A stretch of 64,000 nt of DNA from Dehalococcoidia bacterium (GTDB taxonomy: Bacteria > Chloroflexota > Dehalococcoidia > UBA2979), in the NCBI GenBank assembly GCA_965262725.1, contig OZ253555.1, forward strand, positions 2,400,001 to 2,464,000, written 5' to 3'. How positions within the stretch are numbered: the first letter of the stretch is position 1; every line of letters begins with the position of its first letter. The notes under the pieces were generated by a model, which was given only the letters and a program-made list of their open reading frames with translations, made no database searches and had not been told where the DNA came from. This document shows, piece by piece, positions 49,210-60,077 of the stretch. Both the position numbers and the translations under genes were made by a program.

Positions 49210-51258
49210 CTAGTAGCTGTGCCAGTAGAGGTCGAGGTGTCCCTGCGGGTCATATCCAGTGTCTCCCCAGCACACCGCTTCACCAGCTTCAGTCAGCGCG
49301 CAAGTCCGGAAGATGCCGGCGCTGAGTGCCACGTAGCGTCCCGGACGAGCGTCCAACTGGCCGTAGCTGTTGTCTCCCCAGCAGACCGCCTCGCCAGCGT
49401 CGGTGAGCGCGCAGGTGTGATTCCAACCCGCGCTGACCGCCTCATATCGCCCCGGCGGCACACCCGACTGTCCATACTCGTGCCTTCCCGATCCATCACC
49501 TCGGTCGCGCCAGCACACCACTTCACCCATCTCGGCCAGAGCGCACACGTGCTCCCGTCCCACGCTGATCGCGCTATGACGGCCCGCTGGTGTGTCCGTC
49601 GTCCCGCTGCCGGTGGAGCCCCAGCAGACCGCCTCGCCAGCATCGGTGAGCGCGCAGGTCCGGATCCGACCGGCGCTGATCGCGCCGTACCGTCCCGGAG
49701 GCGCGTCCAGCTGGCCATAGCTGTTGTCTCCCCAGCAGACCGCCTCGCCAGCATCGGTGAGCGCGCAGGTCCGGATCCGACCGGCGCTGATCGCGCCGTA
49801 CCGTCCCGGAGGCGCGTCCAGCTGGCCATAGCTGTTGTCTCCCCAGCAGACCGCCTCGCCCGCGTCGGTCAGCGCGCAGGCGTGATACCAGCCCGCCCCG
49901 ATTGCCACGTAGTGACCCGGCGGTGCGTCCGACTGCCCGCTCTGGTTGTCTCCCCAGCAGACCGCCTGGCCGTCGACGGTCAGCGCGCACGTGTGCGTGT
50001 CACTCGCGCTGACCGTCGTATAGCGGCCCGGTGGGGCCGCGAGTTGCCCACGCCAGTTCCAACCCCAGCACACCGCTTCGCCAGCACCGGTCAGGGCACA
50101 TGTGTGGAATCCGCCGTCACTCACCGCCACGTGGTGACCCGGAACGGGATCGGACGGCCGCGCCTCGATGTCCTCCCAGCAGACCGCTTCGCCCGCCTCG
50201 GTCAGCGCGCAGGCGTACCGCCAGCCCGTGCTGATCGCCGCGTAAGGGCCCGGGGCAGGATCCGGCGGCGTCATCACGGTCCACCAGCCCCAACAGACGG
50301 CCTCCCCCGTCGCAGTCAGGGCGCATGTGTCGGACGGACCCATGCTGATGGCCGTGAAGCGGCCCGGAGGCGCGTACCCTTCCCACAGGCCCGCGTCCCA
50401 CGGGCCGCCGTCCCGCGTGCTCCGGCAGACCGCCTCGCCGACATCGGTCAGCGCGCAGAATTCGTTGCCGTTCGTGGTCACCGCCAGATAGTGGCCGCGA
50501 TACCTGCTCACACCGGTTGAGTTCTTCGATTCTGGTTCCCAGCACACGATCTCGCCTGCGCTGGTGAGGGCGCAGCTGTTGCTCGCTTCGCCTTCGCCCC
50601 TGACGTAACCCGTGCTGATCGCCGTGTATCGGCCCGGCGGCGCGGCGGCGGCCAGGCGACCCCAGCAGGTAGCCTCGCCAACCTCGGTGAGTGCGCACGT
50701 GTGGACGCCGCTGGTGCTGACCGCCGTGTAGTGCTCCAACGACGTGCCGCTGCCGCCGTACCCGCCACCCCAGCAGACTTTCTTGCCCGCATCGGTCAGC
50801 GCGCAAGTCTCGTCCATACCAGCACTGATCGCCGAATAGCGGCCTGCCGGCGACTCGAGCTGCCCGGCGGCGTTGTCGCCCCAGCAGACTACTTCGCCCG
50901 CGTCGGTGAGCGCGCAGGCATGCCCCCGCCCGACGCTGATCGCGGCATAGCGGCCCGGCGGCACGGCCAGCGGTGTCGCGGTCGACGCGGCAGCCGGCGT
51001 CACGGTGGGCGTGAGCGAGGCGGTCGGTTCCGCGGGCGCGGCAGGCATCGGCGTGGCGACGGGCGTGGGCGTCGCCGTCGCCGCCAGGGCTGGCGTCAGC
51101 GTCGGGGCTGGCGAGGCCGCGAGGGGCACGGTTGCGGTCGGCGCGACCGTAGCGGCGTCTTCATCGCCGCCGGTGCAGGCGAGCGCTAGAAGGAGTGCGA
51201 GCAGCAGGGCGACGCCGATGCTCCCGCGCCCTGCCGTTCGGTGCCGGATCCGGATCAT
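49210..51258 (-). CDS. RCC1-repeat lipoprotein
   Basis: Lipobox LALAC; Pro/Thr linker; repeats PPGRYxAISAGxxHTCALTDAGEAVCWG. Confidence 0.88.
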   Translation of the reverse strand: MIRIRHRTAGRGSIGVALLLALLLALACTGGDEDAATVAPTATVPLAASPAPTLTPALAATATPTPVATPMPAAPAEPTASLTPTVTPAAASTATPLAVPPGRYAAISVGRGHACALTDAGEVVCWGDNAAGQLESPAGRYSAISAGMDETCALTDAGKKVCWGGGYGGSGTSLEHYTAVSTSGVHTCALTEVGEATCWGRLAAAAPPGRYTAISTGYVRGEGEASNSCALTSAGEIVCWEPESKNSTGVSRYRGHYLAVTTNGNEFCALTDVGEAVCRSTRDGGPWDAGLWEGYAPPGRFTAISMGPSDTCALTATGEAVCWGWWTVMTPPDPAPGPYAAISTGWRYACALTEAGEAVCWEDIEARPSDPVPGHHVAVSDGGFHTCALTGAGEAVCWGWNWRGQLAAPPGRYTTVSASDTHTCALTVDGQAVCWGDNQSGQSDAPPGHYVAIGAGWYHACALTDAGEAVCWGDNSYGQLDAPPGRYGAISAGRIRTCALTDAGEAVCWGDNSYGQLDAPPGRYGAISAGRIRTCALTDAGEAVCWGSTGSGTTDTPAGRHSAISVGREHVCALAEMGEVVCWRDRGDGSGRHEYGQSGVPPGRYEAVSAGWNHTCALTDAGEAVCWGDNSYGQLDARPGRYVALSAGIFRTCALTEAGEAVCWGDTGYDPQGHLDLYWHSY
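49621..49842. repeat. Recent tandem duplication of one 111-bp RCC1 unit
   Basis: GDNSYGQLDAPPGRYGAISAGRIRTCALTDAGEAVCW twice, with matching DNA. Confidence 0.8.
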
Positions 51259-51608
51259 CGCCGCTCCGTGTGTCCGCCCACCGAGCGCAGCGCGTGGGTC
51301 CGCGCCGATGCCGTCGCGGACACGCGCGTAGGCAGTGCCGCCCCATTCCGAGGGTGTCGCGGCGGCAAGCGTGACGCTAGCGGAGCCATCGCCGACGGGC
51401 GCACGCGCCCGCAGCATAAGCCGCCGCCGACCCATCGTCGCCGCGCGAGCGAAACGCGTGCCGCGTGCCACCGAAGGAGCGCACCGCTGGGCCCGAATTC
51501 GTCGCCGACACCGACCACCCGAAGACGGCCTCCTGCGCCGTCGCCGTGGGCGGCCACGATAGTCAGCCCATACTTGGGGCGGCGTTGCTGCGTCGCGGGA
51601 GAAGTGCG

Positions 51609-52468
51609 ATGAGACTACGGCATCGAGGCCTCGGGGTTGCGGCTCTGGTGCTGACGCTGGTTGTGGGGGCTGCCTGTAGGTCGGCTACCCCTCAGCCGTC
51701 GCCGGTAGTCACGGCTCCACTGGCACCTGCCGCTCTGTCTAGCCCCAGCGTCGAGCCCACGGCGACTGCCGAGCCCACGGCGACTGCCGAGCCCACGGCG
51801 ATTGCCGAGCCCACGCCGACTGCCGAGCCCACGCCGACTGCCGAGCCCACGCCGACTGCCGAGCCCACGCCGACTGCCGAGCCCACGCCGACCCCGACCG
51901 CGACGCCCACGCCCGTTGCCGTCGAAACGCCCCTGCCTGTCCCCGACCCGCCACGTAGTCCCTTCGAGTCGATTAGCGTCGGTGGGCGAGCAGCCTGTGG
52001 ACTGACCCTGGCGGGCGACATCGTCTGCTGGGGCGAGGGCGCGGACGGCCAGTCCGGTCCCCCGCCCGGTCGCTATACGGCCATCAGCAGGAGTGTGGAC
52101 TATGCGTGCGCGCTGACCGAAGTCGGCGAGGCCATCTGCTGGGGGAGCAGCGCCTCCCCCGACCAGAGCGAGACACCCCCTGGTCGCTACATGGACATCA
52201 GCGTGACCGCGTCCCACGCGTGTGCGCTCACCGAAGGCGGCGAGGCGGTCTGCTGGAGTGCGCATTCGGGTGACCGGTGGAACGCTCCGTCGGGGTCCTT
52301 CGTGGCGGTAAGCACTGGCTTCTTTAGCGTACACGGGGCAACGGCCAGCAGCTGCGCCCTCACCCCAGCGGGTGATGCCGTCTGCTGGTTCGACGAGAGT
52401 GCCCACCCGCGGGATCACTGGAACGTCCCACCGGGCCGCTACGCCGCCGTGAGTTCAGGCGGCAGTCG
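51609..52468 (+). pseudogene. RCC1-repeat lipoprotein truncated at the 126-bp repeat
   Basis: Lipobox VGAAC; 18-bp AEPTPT tandem repeats; RCC1 units break off at RYAAVSSGGS. Confidence 0.8.
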
Positions 52469-52594
52469 GAGGCCGGGTGTTTCGAGCGGGTGCACATCGC
52501 GCCGCACCGGGCTGTCGCCTGGAGCGACGAGCTAGAGCTGTGCCCCGACGCGCTCTACATGGACCTGACCGGGAAGTCGCTGGACGAGCTACCG
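52469..52594 (+). repeat. 126-bp direct repeat, copy 2 (3' half of DUF2442, continuing to a stop at 52627)
   Basis: Continues ELPTDAEATVPDA* and overlaps the DUF4160 start. Confidence 0.9.
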
Positions 52595-52619
52595 ACTGAC
52601 GCCGAGGCGACAGTCCCTG

Positions 52620-52881
52620 ATGCCTGAGATCAGCCGTTTCTACGGGATCGTGATCCGCATGTACGGACTCGACCACGCGCCGCCGCACATGCACGCGGTG
52701 TACGGGGAGCATGAGGCCCTGATCGGGGATCGAAGAGGTCGAGGTGATCCGCGGCAGCCTCCCGCCCCGCGCCAGCCGGCTCGTCTTTGAGTGGGCGCGG
52801 CTGCACCAGGCCGAGTTGCTGGAGGCGTGGCAGCGGGCGCGGAGCCTTGAGCCTCCAGGCAAGATCGCCCCGCTCGAGTGA
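52620..52881 (+). pseudogene. DUF4160 protein with a +1 frameshift
   Basis: MPEISRFYGIVIRMY..DHAPPHMHAVYG / IRGSLPPRASRLVFEWARLHQAELLEAW...KIAPLE*; length 262 bp. Confidence 0.8.
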
Positions 52882-52989
52882 TGCCGCGGCAAGGGTGCAT
52901 CGGAGGGCGCCGGCGAGCCGTTCGCGAAGCGAAGACGCCGCCGCTCGCACGGCACGGGCGCGAGCAGTGGGCCGAGCCGGAGCGGTCTG

Positions 52990-53130
52990 AGCTACGGCGT
53001 GCGCCTGGTCTGCGTCGTGCGTTCTGAGGCGCGCACGGTGGACGTGCAGCGGACCGATCACGCTGTCTCGACGCTCACCGAGGATCATGCCCTCGACGGG
53101 CTGGATGTGCTGCCCGGCTTCTCCTGCGCG
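52990..53130 (+). pseudogene. Uma2 (DUF820) endonuclease 3' fragment
   Basis: YGVRLVCVVRSEARTVDV...LDGLDVLPGFSC. Confidence 0.65.
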
Positions 53131-53216
53131 GAGACACCGAACTCGCCGCCTGACGAGGCCTGTGACGCGAGTGACGACGGCTCGCCTCTTGACCGCTACG
53201 AACATGGGATGTCTAC

Positions 53217-53482
53217 CGCTACGCCTGGCTCGATGCGCTGACTCAGAAGGTGCGTGAGGACGGACGCATCGCCCAGGTGAGCGTCGTGGTCGCGACCGCG
53301 GTCAACGCCGATGGGAGACGCGAGGTGCTGGGCATCGACGTCGGCACCAGCGAGGGCGGGGCCTTCTGGCTGGCGTTTCTGCGCGGCCTGGTGGCGCGGG
53401 GGCTCTCCGGCGTCTAGCTGGTGACCTCCGACGCCCACCAGGGCCCGCGGGAGGCGGTCGCCACCGTCTTCGGCGGCACCTC
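53217..53482 (+). pseudogene. IS256-family transposase fragment
   Basis: WLDALTQKVREDGRI...GRREVLG...FLRGLVARGLSGV*LVTSDAHQG. Confidence 0.8.
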
Positions 53483-53679
53483 CGGCGGGCGCGCGGCGGC
53501 AGCTAACGCGGCTGCACCGAGTACGGGTCGGACCGGCCCTGCGCGTACACGGCGGCTCCCGTACGGACCGGACGGCAGTCGCCTCGCAGGAGGGCGTGAG
53601 TCAGTGCGAGAACTGGCGCCGCCGGTTGATGCGCCCTACCGATGCTCGCGTACGAGAATGCCCGTGCCGGGTGCTCGCG

Positions 53680-54336
53680 GGGCTCCGGCTGAGCGTCGCC
53701 ACGGTCCACGCCGCGAAGGGGATCCAGGCCGACCACGTCGTGGTGCTCGACCTGGCGGACCGCCAGCTCGGCTTCCCGGGCCAAATCGAGGACGACCCGC
53801 TGCTCGAACTCGTGATGCCGCACCAGGGCGCCGGCTACCCGCACGCCGAGGAGCGGCGGCTCCTCTACGTCGCGATGACCCGGGCCCGGCTCGGGCTCTG
53901 GCTCGTCGCCGATCGCAGCAGGCCCTCGGTCTTCGTCCGGGAGCTGATGGAGCACCACGGCGGGCGGCGTCTCCTCGGGTCGTTCGAGGAGGAGCAGGCC
54001 CCGCCGTGCCGCCGGTGCCGCGGCGGGCACCTGGTCGAGGGGACGGGCGGAGGGATGCTCTGCTCGAACCGCCCGCTGTGCCGCTACGGGGCGCCGCGCT
54101 GCCCGCGGTGCCGCCGGGGGTCCGCGGTCGAACGGGACGGGCGCCTCGGGTGCTCGAGCGGGAGCTGCGGCGCGGCGCTGGACGGCTGCCCCGGCTGCGG
54201 CGCGGGCATGCTGGTTTCGCGCCGGGCGCGCGGCGGCAGCTTCCGCAGCTGCACCGAGTACGGGTCGGACCAGCCCTGCACGGACACCGCAGGTCCCGTA
54301 CGGATCGGGCGGCAGACGCCTCGCAGGAGGGCGTGA
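53680..54336 (+). pseudogene. 3' fragment of a UvrD/HelD (helicase IV-like) gene with topoisomerase-type Zn ribbons
   Basis: TVHAAKG, GFPGQIEDDPLL, EERRLLYVAMTRAR, several CxxC; diverged copy of its 3' end at about 53510-53650. Confidence 0.75.
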
Positions 54337-55793
54337 ATCAGCGCGAGGAACTGATCACTCGCTGCCGGTTGATGCGCCTACCGGTGCTGGCCCCTCGCGG
54401 ACTGCGCTCTCGTGAAGCGGATCGCTGTCCCATGCCTCCTGGGCGACGGTCCGCACCGCGGCGATGGCTCGACGGCCCACCATCGGCACAGTGTTCATGC
54501 AGCCTGCGGGCCTCGTGAACGACCACCTCGGGAGCCGCTTCCGCCGCCGCCTACGGTGCCCCCGCGGTCGCGCCCGCCGCGCTCACGCCGTCGCTCTTCA
54601 CGATCAGGGGCGAGGTGGCGGGGAGGCCGTCTGTGAACAACGCGCGGAAGGACCGATTCACGAAGTCCGGGGCACCGAGGATGTAGGGGACGTAGCCACC
54701 TTCGTCGAGGGCGTAGATGGCCGTGATGTTGCGGCTCTCCGCGCAGGTCGTTAGTTCCTCGATCGCACCGCCCTGGTAGAGGACGAGGCTGAAGCCCGTG
54801 GCGACCGTGCCGCGCAGGCACTCCGGCCAGGGCGGCGCCGGCCCATCGCCCGTGATGCTCCCGGCGGGATCGGCTGTGGGCGGCCCGTCGCTCTTGATGA
54901 TGAGGGGCGTGGTGGCGGGGACGCCGTCTGCGAACAGCTCGCCGAAGGAGCTGTTCACGAACTCGGGTGCACCGAGGATGTACGGCACGTAGCTTCCGTC
55001 GTGCAGGGTGTAGAGGGCCGTGCCGTGGCGGCTCTGAGCGCAGTCCACCAGCTCCTCGACGCTGCCGCCCGCGTAGACCACCAGGCTGAACCCGAGCGCG
55101 ACGGCGCCCCGGAAGCACGGGGGCGCGGGAGCGCTCGGGGCCTCCTGCGCCGGATCGCCGACCAGCACGCGGTAGACGCGCTCGCGGCTCTCGTCGCGGG
55201 AGGTGACGGTGACGGTGATCTCGGAGACCTCTTCCAGCGCGACCTGGTGGCCGTTCTCCGGATCCCCGTCGTCGTCGGCGTCGTCGGGCTCGATGAGGAC
55301 CGTCGCTCCCGACTGCGCCGCCTCCGCCCCGACCGTGGTCTCGGTGACGTCGTCCCCGGCCGTCCCGGCGTACTCTGCCTGGGCACTGTCGAACTCGCCG
55401 AAGTCGACACCGCTGAGGGTGAGCGAGGCGAGGCGGGCGTCGATGGCGTCCGGCATGTTGTAGGTGTAGACCTTGCCGTCGCTCTGGTCGGCGACGTACA
55501 TGACGTCGCCGTCGGACCAGAGACCGCGGGGGCTGTTGTTGCTGGCGCCGGAGAGTTTCTTGAACTCCTCGTCCGTGACACGTTCGAGCTCGAGGTTCTC
55601 TTCCTCGTCCGCGACGTCCTCGTCCGCGCTCGTGTCCTCCTCCTCGAGGGCGGGCAGGCGGTAGGCGAAGAGACGCTTGTCGTTGTGGTCGGAGACCCAG
55701 ACGCCGACGCCGTCGGACCAGATGCCGTGCGGGTCGTCGTTGTCGGAGTCGAGGGCGTACTCGGCGAGCAGCGTGCCACCGGCGAGGTCGTAG

Positions 55794-57452
55794 CTCGAAT
55801 CCACCGAACGAAGCTTGACGAGGCGGGGTGCCGGGCTGCCGGAGAGTTCGACGGGTGTGTCGGCGTTCGCCGGGCGGCGCCGGGGGCGGGCCGGAGCCAG
55901 GAGTCGTCGCTCAGCGCCGCTCGGGGGCGCTGAGGGTGCGGGCGCGAGGGTGCGCGAGGCGTGCGCGGGCATGCTGGCGCGAGCTTCGGCTCCGGTTCGG
56001 CGCTGTGAGCGGGCGTCAGGTCGGGAGCGGTATCGCCCGTAGTCGCGCGAGCGCGGCTGCCAGCTGCCCGGCCCAGGGCCAGCGCTTCGGGAGGTGCAGG
56101 GTCCACCGCCGGGCAGAGTGGGTGAGCCGTCCGGCGAGAGAGAAGTAGCGCCGCCTGAGCGTCCTGGTCGTCACGATCCCCTCGCCGAGCCCGAGGCGTG
56201 CCGTCCAGCGGGCGAGGTTGTGCGCGATCACCTGCACCGCGAGCCACGCCGCGTTCGCGGCGAAGCGGCCCGAGGGGAGATGGTTCAACCCGACGCCGTA
56301 CTTGAGGTCGCGGATCGCGTTCTCGATCTCGGCGTGACGGCGATGGTCGGCCTCCAGCTCCATCATCTCCCCCGCGCGATCGGTGATGAAGGCGTGGTAA
56401 CTGTAGTTCACGAAGAGCGCGAGCTGTGAGCCGGGCGTCGGCTTGACGCGCCGCACGATGAGCCGCACCGCGGTGGCGTCCCTCGTGTGCTGGAACGGCG
56501 TGTAGGTCGTCTCGGCGACAGCGGCGCCGTCGTCCTGCCAGTACGGGATCGGCGTCCAGTCCTCTTCCGGTATCGCCTCGATCAGCCGGCGTACGTTCGG
56601 CTGCTGGCGAATGGTGATGGAGAAGCGGACATCCTGCTTGCGACAGACGGCGACGACAGCGTGGTTGTAGAAGCCGCTGTCGGCGCGCACCGTGAGCTGC
56701 CCGCTCGCCCCGGCGTCGCGCACCCGGCCCACCGTCTCACGCAGGAAGTGGGCGGCCCCCCGAGCGGTGTTGGCACGGCCCCCGCGCAGCCGGGCCATCA
56801 GCACCTCACCCGTCCCGGCCGCCACCGCGAGCAGCGGGTGATAGCCGCGCACGCCCGTGTAGCCGTGGTGCCGGGCGCCCTCTTTCGCCAGTCCGTAGGT
56901 CTCGCAGAGCGTCGAGTCGAGGTCGATCGTGAACGGTGCCGCGCCGGGTCCCGCCCCGGCCGCCCAACTGCGGGCCAGCAACTCGCGGCTGACGCGGTCG
57001 AGCTGGCGGACGTGGCCCCAGCGGAAGCTGCGCAGGAACGTCCCGAGGGTGGACGGCGCCTTCACCGTGCAGCCGAGCACGCGCCCGGCGCCGCCTGAGC
57101 GCATGGCATCGGCGTCATCGATGCAGTCGCCGCCCGCGAGCGCCGAGGCGATGAGAGTCATCAGCTTGTCGCCGACGTTCGCCCGCCCCGCTGCGTCACC
57201 GAGGTCGAGGTGGGCGTCTGCCAGTTCACGGAGGCCGAGCCGGCCAGCGAGCGTGGCCGGGAGCAGCAGGCCCGCGTGGTCCACGAGGCGGTCGTCGTCG
57301 AAGGCGATGTGTATCCGGTCGGGGCTGCTCGTTGCTAACATCGAATGGGTGCTCCCTGTGGCTGTGACGTGATTCGGTCAAAAACCATTGTCCCAGCTAC
57401 AGCGGAGCACCCAACCCCAGCCGCTCGCGCACTCTTCTTCGGTGGATCAGGG
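55794..57452 (-). mobile_element. IS1380-family element, second diverged copy, 1659 bp, CGTAG target duplication
   Basis: Same ends as 44931-46589, inverted; CGTAG at 55789-55793 and 57453-57457. Confidence 0.92.
56016..57341 (-). CDS. IS1380-family transposase
   Basis: 441 aa, highly similar but not identical to 45042-46367. Confidence 0.93.
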   Translation of the reverse strand: MLATSSPDRIHIAFDDDRLVDHAGLLLPATLAGRLGLRELADAHLDLGDAAGRANVGDKLMTLIASALAGGDCIDDADAMRSGGAGRVLGCTVKAPSTLGTFLRSFRWGHVRQLDRVSRELLARSWAAGAGPGAAPFTIDLDSTLCETYGLAKEGARHHGYTGVRGYHPLLAVAAGTGEVLMARLRGGRANTARGAAHFLRETVGRVRDAGASGQLTVRADSGFYNHAVVAVCRKQDVRFSITIRQQPNVRRLIEAIPEEDWTPIPYWQDDGAAVAETTYTPFQHTRDATAVRLIVRRVKPTPGSQLALFVNYSYHAFITDRAGEMMELEADHRRHAEIENAIRDLKYGVGLNHLPSGRFAANAAWLAVQVIAHNLARWTARLGLGEGIVTTRTLRRRYFSLAGRLTHSARRWTLHLPKRWPWAGQLAAALARLRAIPLPT

Positions 57453-60077
57453 CGTAGGCGAAGAGGGCGTCGCGGCGGCCATCGAGTACCCACATCGTCG
57501 AGCCGTCGGCCCAGATGCCGCGCGGGTCGGCGTTGTCGGGGTGCAGCGCGAGGTCGGAGTCGGGCAGGCGCTCGCCGCTCTCGAGGTCGTGGGCGAAGAG
57601 CTTTTCCTTGCCGCTGTCGGAGATCCAGATGGTTGAGCGGTCCGACCAGACGCCACGAGGCGCGAGGTCGGCGTCATCGAGCTCGAACTCGAGCTCCTGG
57701 ACGCGCTCGCCGCTCTCGAGATCGTAGGCGTAGAGGGCGTCGTCGGCGCCGTCGCCGTTCTCGATGAGCCAGAGCGTGGCGCCGTCGGACCAGGCGCCGG
57801 TAGGTGAGCCGTGGTCGCGGTCGAGTTCCTCGATGTCGCGTGTGATGTTCCACTCGAAGTCCTCGTCGCTCGGCGTTGGGCCGGACGGTCCGCCGCCGCC
57901 ACCACCGCCCCCGGTGATGATCGGCCTGGGGGGTGCGTTGCCAAGCACCGTGACGACGACCGTCGCCGTGGCGGAGGCACCGGCGGTGTCGGTCACCGTG
58001 AGGGTGAGCGTGACCTCTCGATCGCCGACACCGGCCGCGGGCGCGGTCCAGACAGTGTGGAGGGCCCGGTCGTTCGTGAAGGTTCCCCCGCCGTCGCTGG
58101 TCCAGGCGTACGTCAGGGCGTTGTTCTGTGGGTCGCTGGCCGTGCCGTCCAGGACGACCGCCCCGCCTCCGGGCATGGTACTCGTCGAGGCCATGGCGGA
58201 GACCGTCGGCGTCGTGGTCGTCGTGTCGATGACCGTTACGACGACAGTCGGGATGTGCACGGCGTCGTACCCCCCGCCGGAGGCGGTGTGACGGACAAGT
58301 GATACGTCGTCCTGGTGGTCGTCGTCTGCAGCGGCGGAGACCAGGAACGTCCTCTCCCTCGAGTAGTCCTGGGGCGTGAAGGTCAGCGTGATCGGCGCCA
58401 CGGTCACGTCCGGATCTTCTGGCAGTGGTGTGACGGTCACGGGGCCGCTCGGCTGCACAAGCAGCCGCAATGTATAGGCGGCGGGCGGCCCTCCCTCATC
58501 GACACGGCGAAGCCCCGGTGTCAGCGTGACAGCGGGCTCTGGCCTGGTGCCTGGAGACCGCCGGCAGAACTCATCCGACCAGGGACCGACCTCACCGTTG
58601 TTCAAGTCCAGCCTCGCCACCACACAGTAGAGCGTGCCGGGCTGAAAACCACCCGCTAATGTGTACAGCGAACTGGGGACCACCTTCCCGAGAGCGGACA
58701 GGTAGAACCAGGTACCCCTGGTTCCCCATTGCTCACGGTCGACCTCGTCGCTGTAGGCCTTCACGTTATATCGGCTCAGAGGCTTGCTACCCGGGGCATC
58801 GTGCGGCGGGATGTGTTGCCAGAGGCCCGGCGGGGCGTGGGGCTCCCACTGGACCGTCAAACTATTGCGCCAGAATATCCGGGTCTTCGTGATCTTCAGC
58901 GTGTTCTCCTCGGAGGCGGGAATCACGGGTAGCCCGTGGGATCGGGAGTACGTGCCATCGCTCGCGGTGAGCGTGCAGGAGCCGGGCTGCGCGTCTGCTG
59001 ACACTGACGCGGTGATGTCCCAGGCTGCCCAACCCTGGGTGGCCAGGTCAGCCGCGAGTACCGCCGTGACGGCTTCTTCGTAGTCAATCTCGACTCCGTC
59101 AGGGCAGTCGGAGTGGCTGAGCGTGACGGTGTCCCCGACCACAAACCCCTTGACGATCGCGGTCGTGGACTGATTGTCCCGGCCGATGACGATCGGCTTC
59201 AGCGTGTAGAAGTAGTGGCTGTGCGCCGATGCCGTGCGAGGCTGCTCTAGGTCCGACGCGAGTGCGAGGGCCGCGATCGTTGCCAGCAGGAATAGGGTGC
59301 CGTGGGCCCTCCATGACATCGGGCACCCCTCCCTCCACTTCGTGCGCGGAGGCACTTGGCCTCGTGTCCCGGTGGAGCGGTTCCTGGCGGGCGACGACGC
59401 CCCGCCTAACCATTAGTGCCCAAGCTACACTTCGTGACAGCGTACTCTTATGCGAGACATATAATGTGCGTTGTCCGGCAGATCTCACTCGTGGGAGGGG
59501 GCTACAACCTGTTTGAGCTGCACCGCGGAAGCAGCGGGACGTCCTCGACCCGCGTGCTGACGATCGACCGGGGGACGAGAGCGTGGCGGCGGAGTTCCGG
59601 TGGCGTCCGGCGGAGCGGTGAGTCTGCGCACGGGAGCGACGGTGATGCGCGTGAACGTGGATGACGCTCACGGCGCGTCGTGGGGGGCCTCCTACGCCGC
59701 CGTCGCGGTCGGCGACGGCGGCGAGTGGCGTCAGGCCGATGACTGCTGGGTGCGCTACCGGGTCACATCGCCACCCGCGAGCACGTTGGCTGCGAGGAGG
59801 GCCTTTGGTGTGAGATGGGTGACGTCCGCGGCCACAGGCTGCACGGGGGACATCGCAAGACGCGCGGAGCCCAGCGCCGCATGGGATCCCGAGCTTCTCG
59901 ACCAGGATGACGTGACGTCGCCGATCCGCCACGGCCCGTGTGCATTCCGGTCACGGCTCGCGATGTGATCCTGGCGCTTCACGTTGGCCCACCGCCGAAG
60001 TGTTCCAACCGCACTGGATTGGCCCTACGCGTGCAGCTGCATGTCACCCGGCCGCTCGTGCCCGCAAGGACTGGCTG

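Larger units (their letters stand above)
54551..59319 (-). pseudogene. Surface protein copy D (signal peptide, FN3-like, Calx-beta-like, PKD-like, shared C-terminal cassette) interrupted by IS1380
   Basis: MSWRAHGTLFLLATIAALALA; GGGGGGGPSGPTPSDEDFEWN; removing the IS restores LFAY|DLAGGTLL in frame. Confidence 0.88.
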
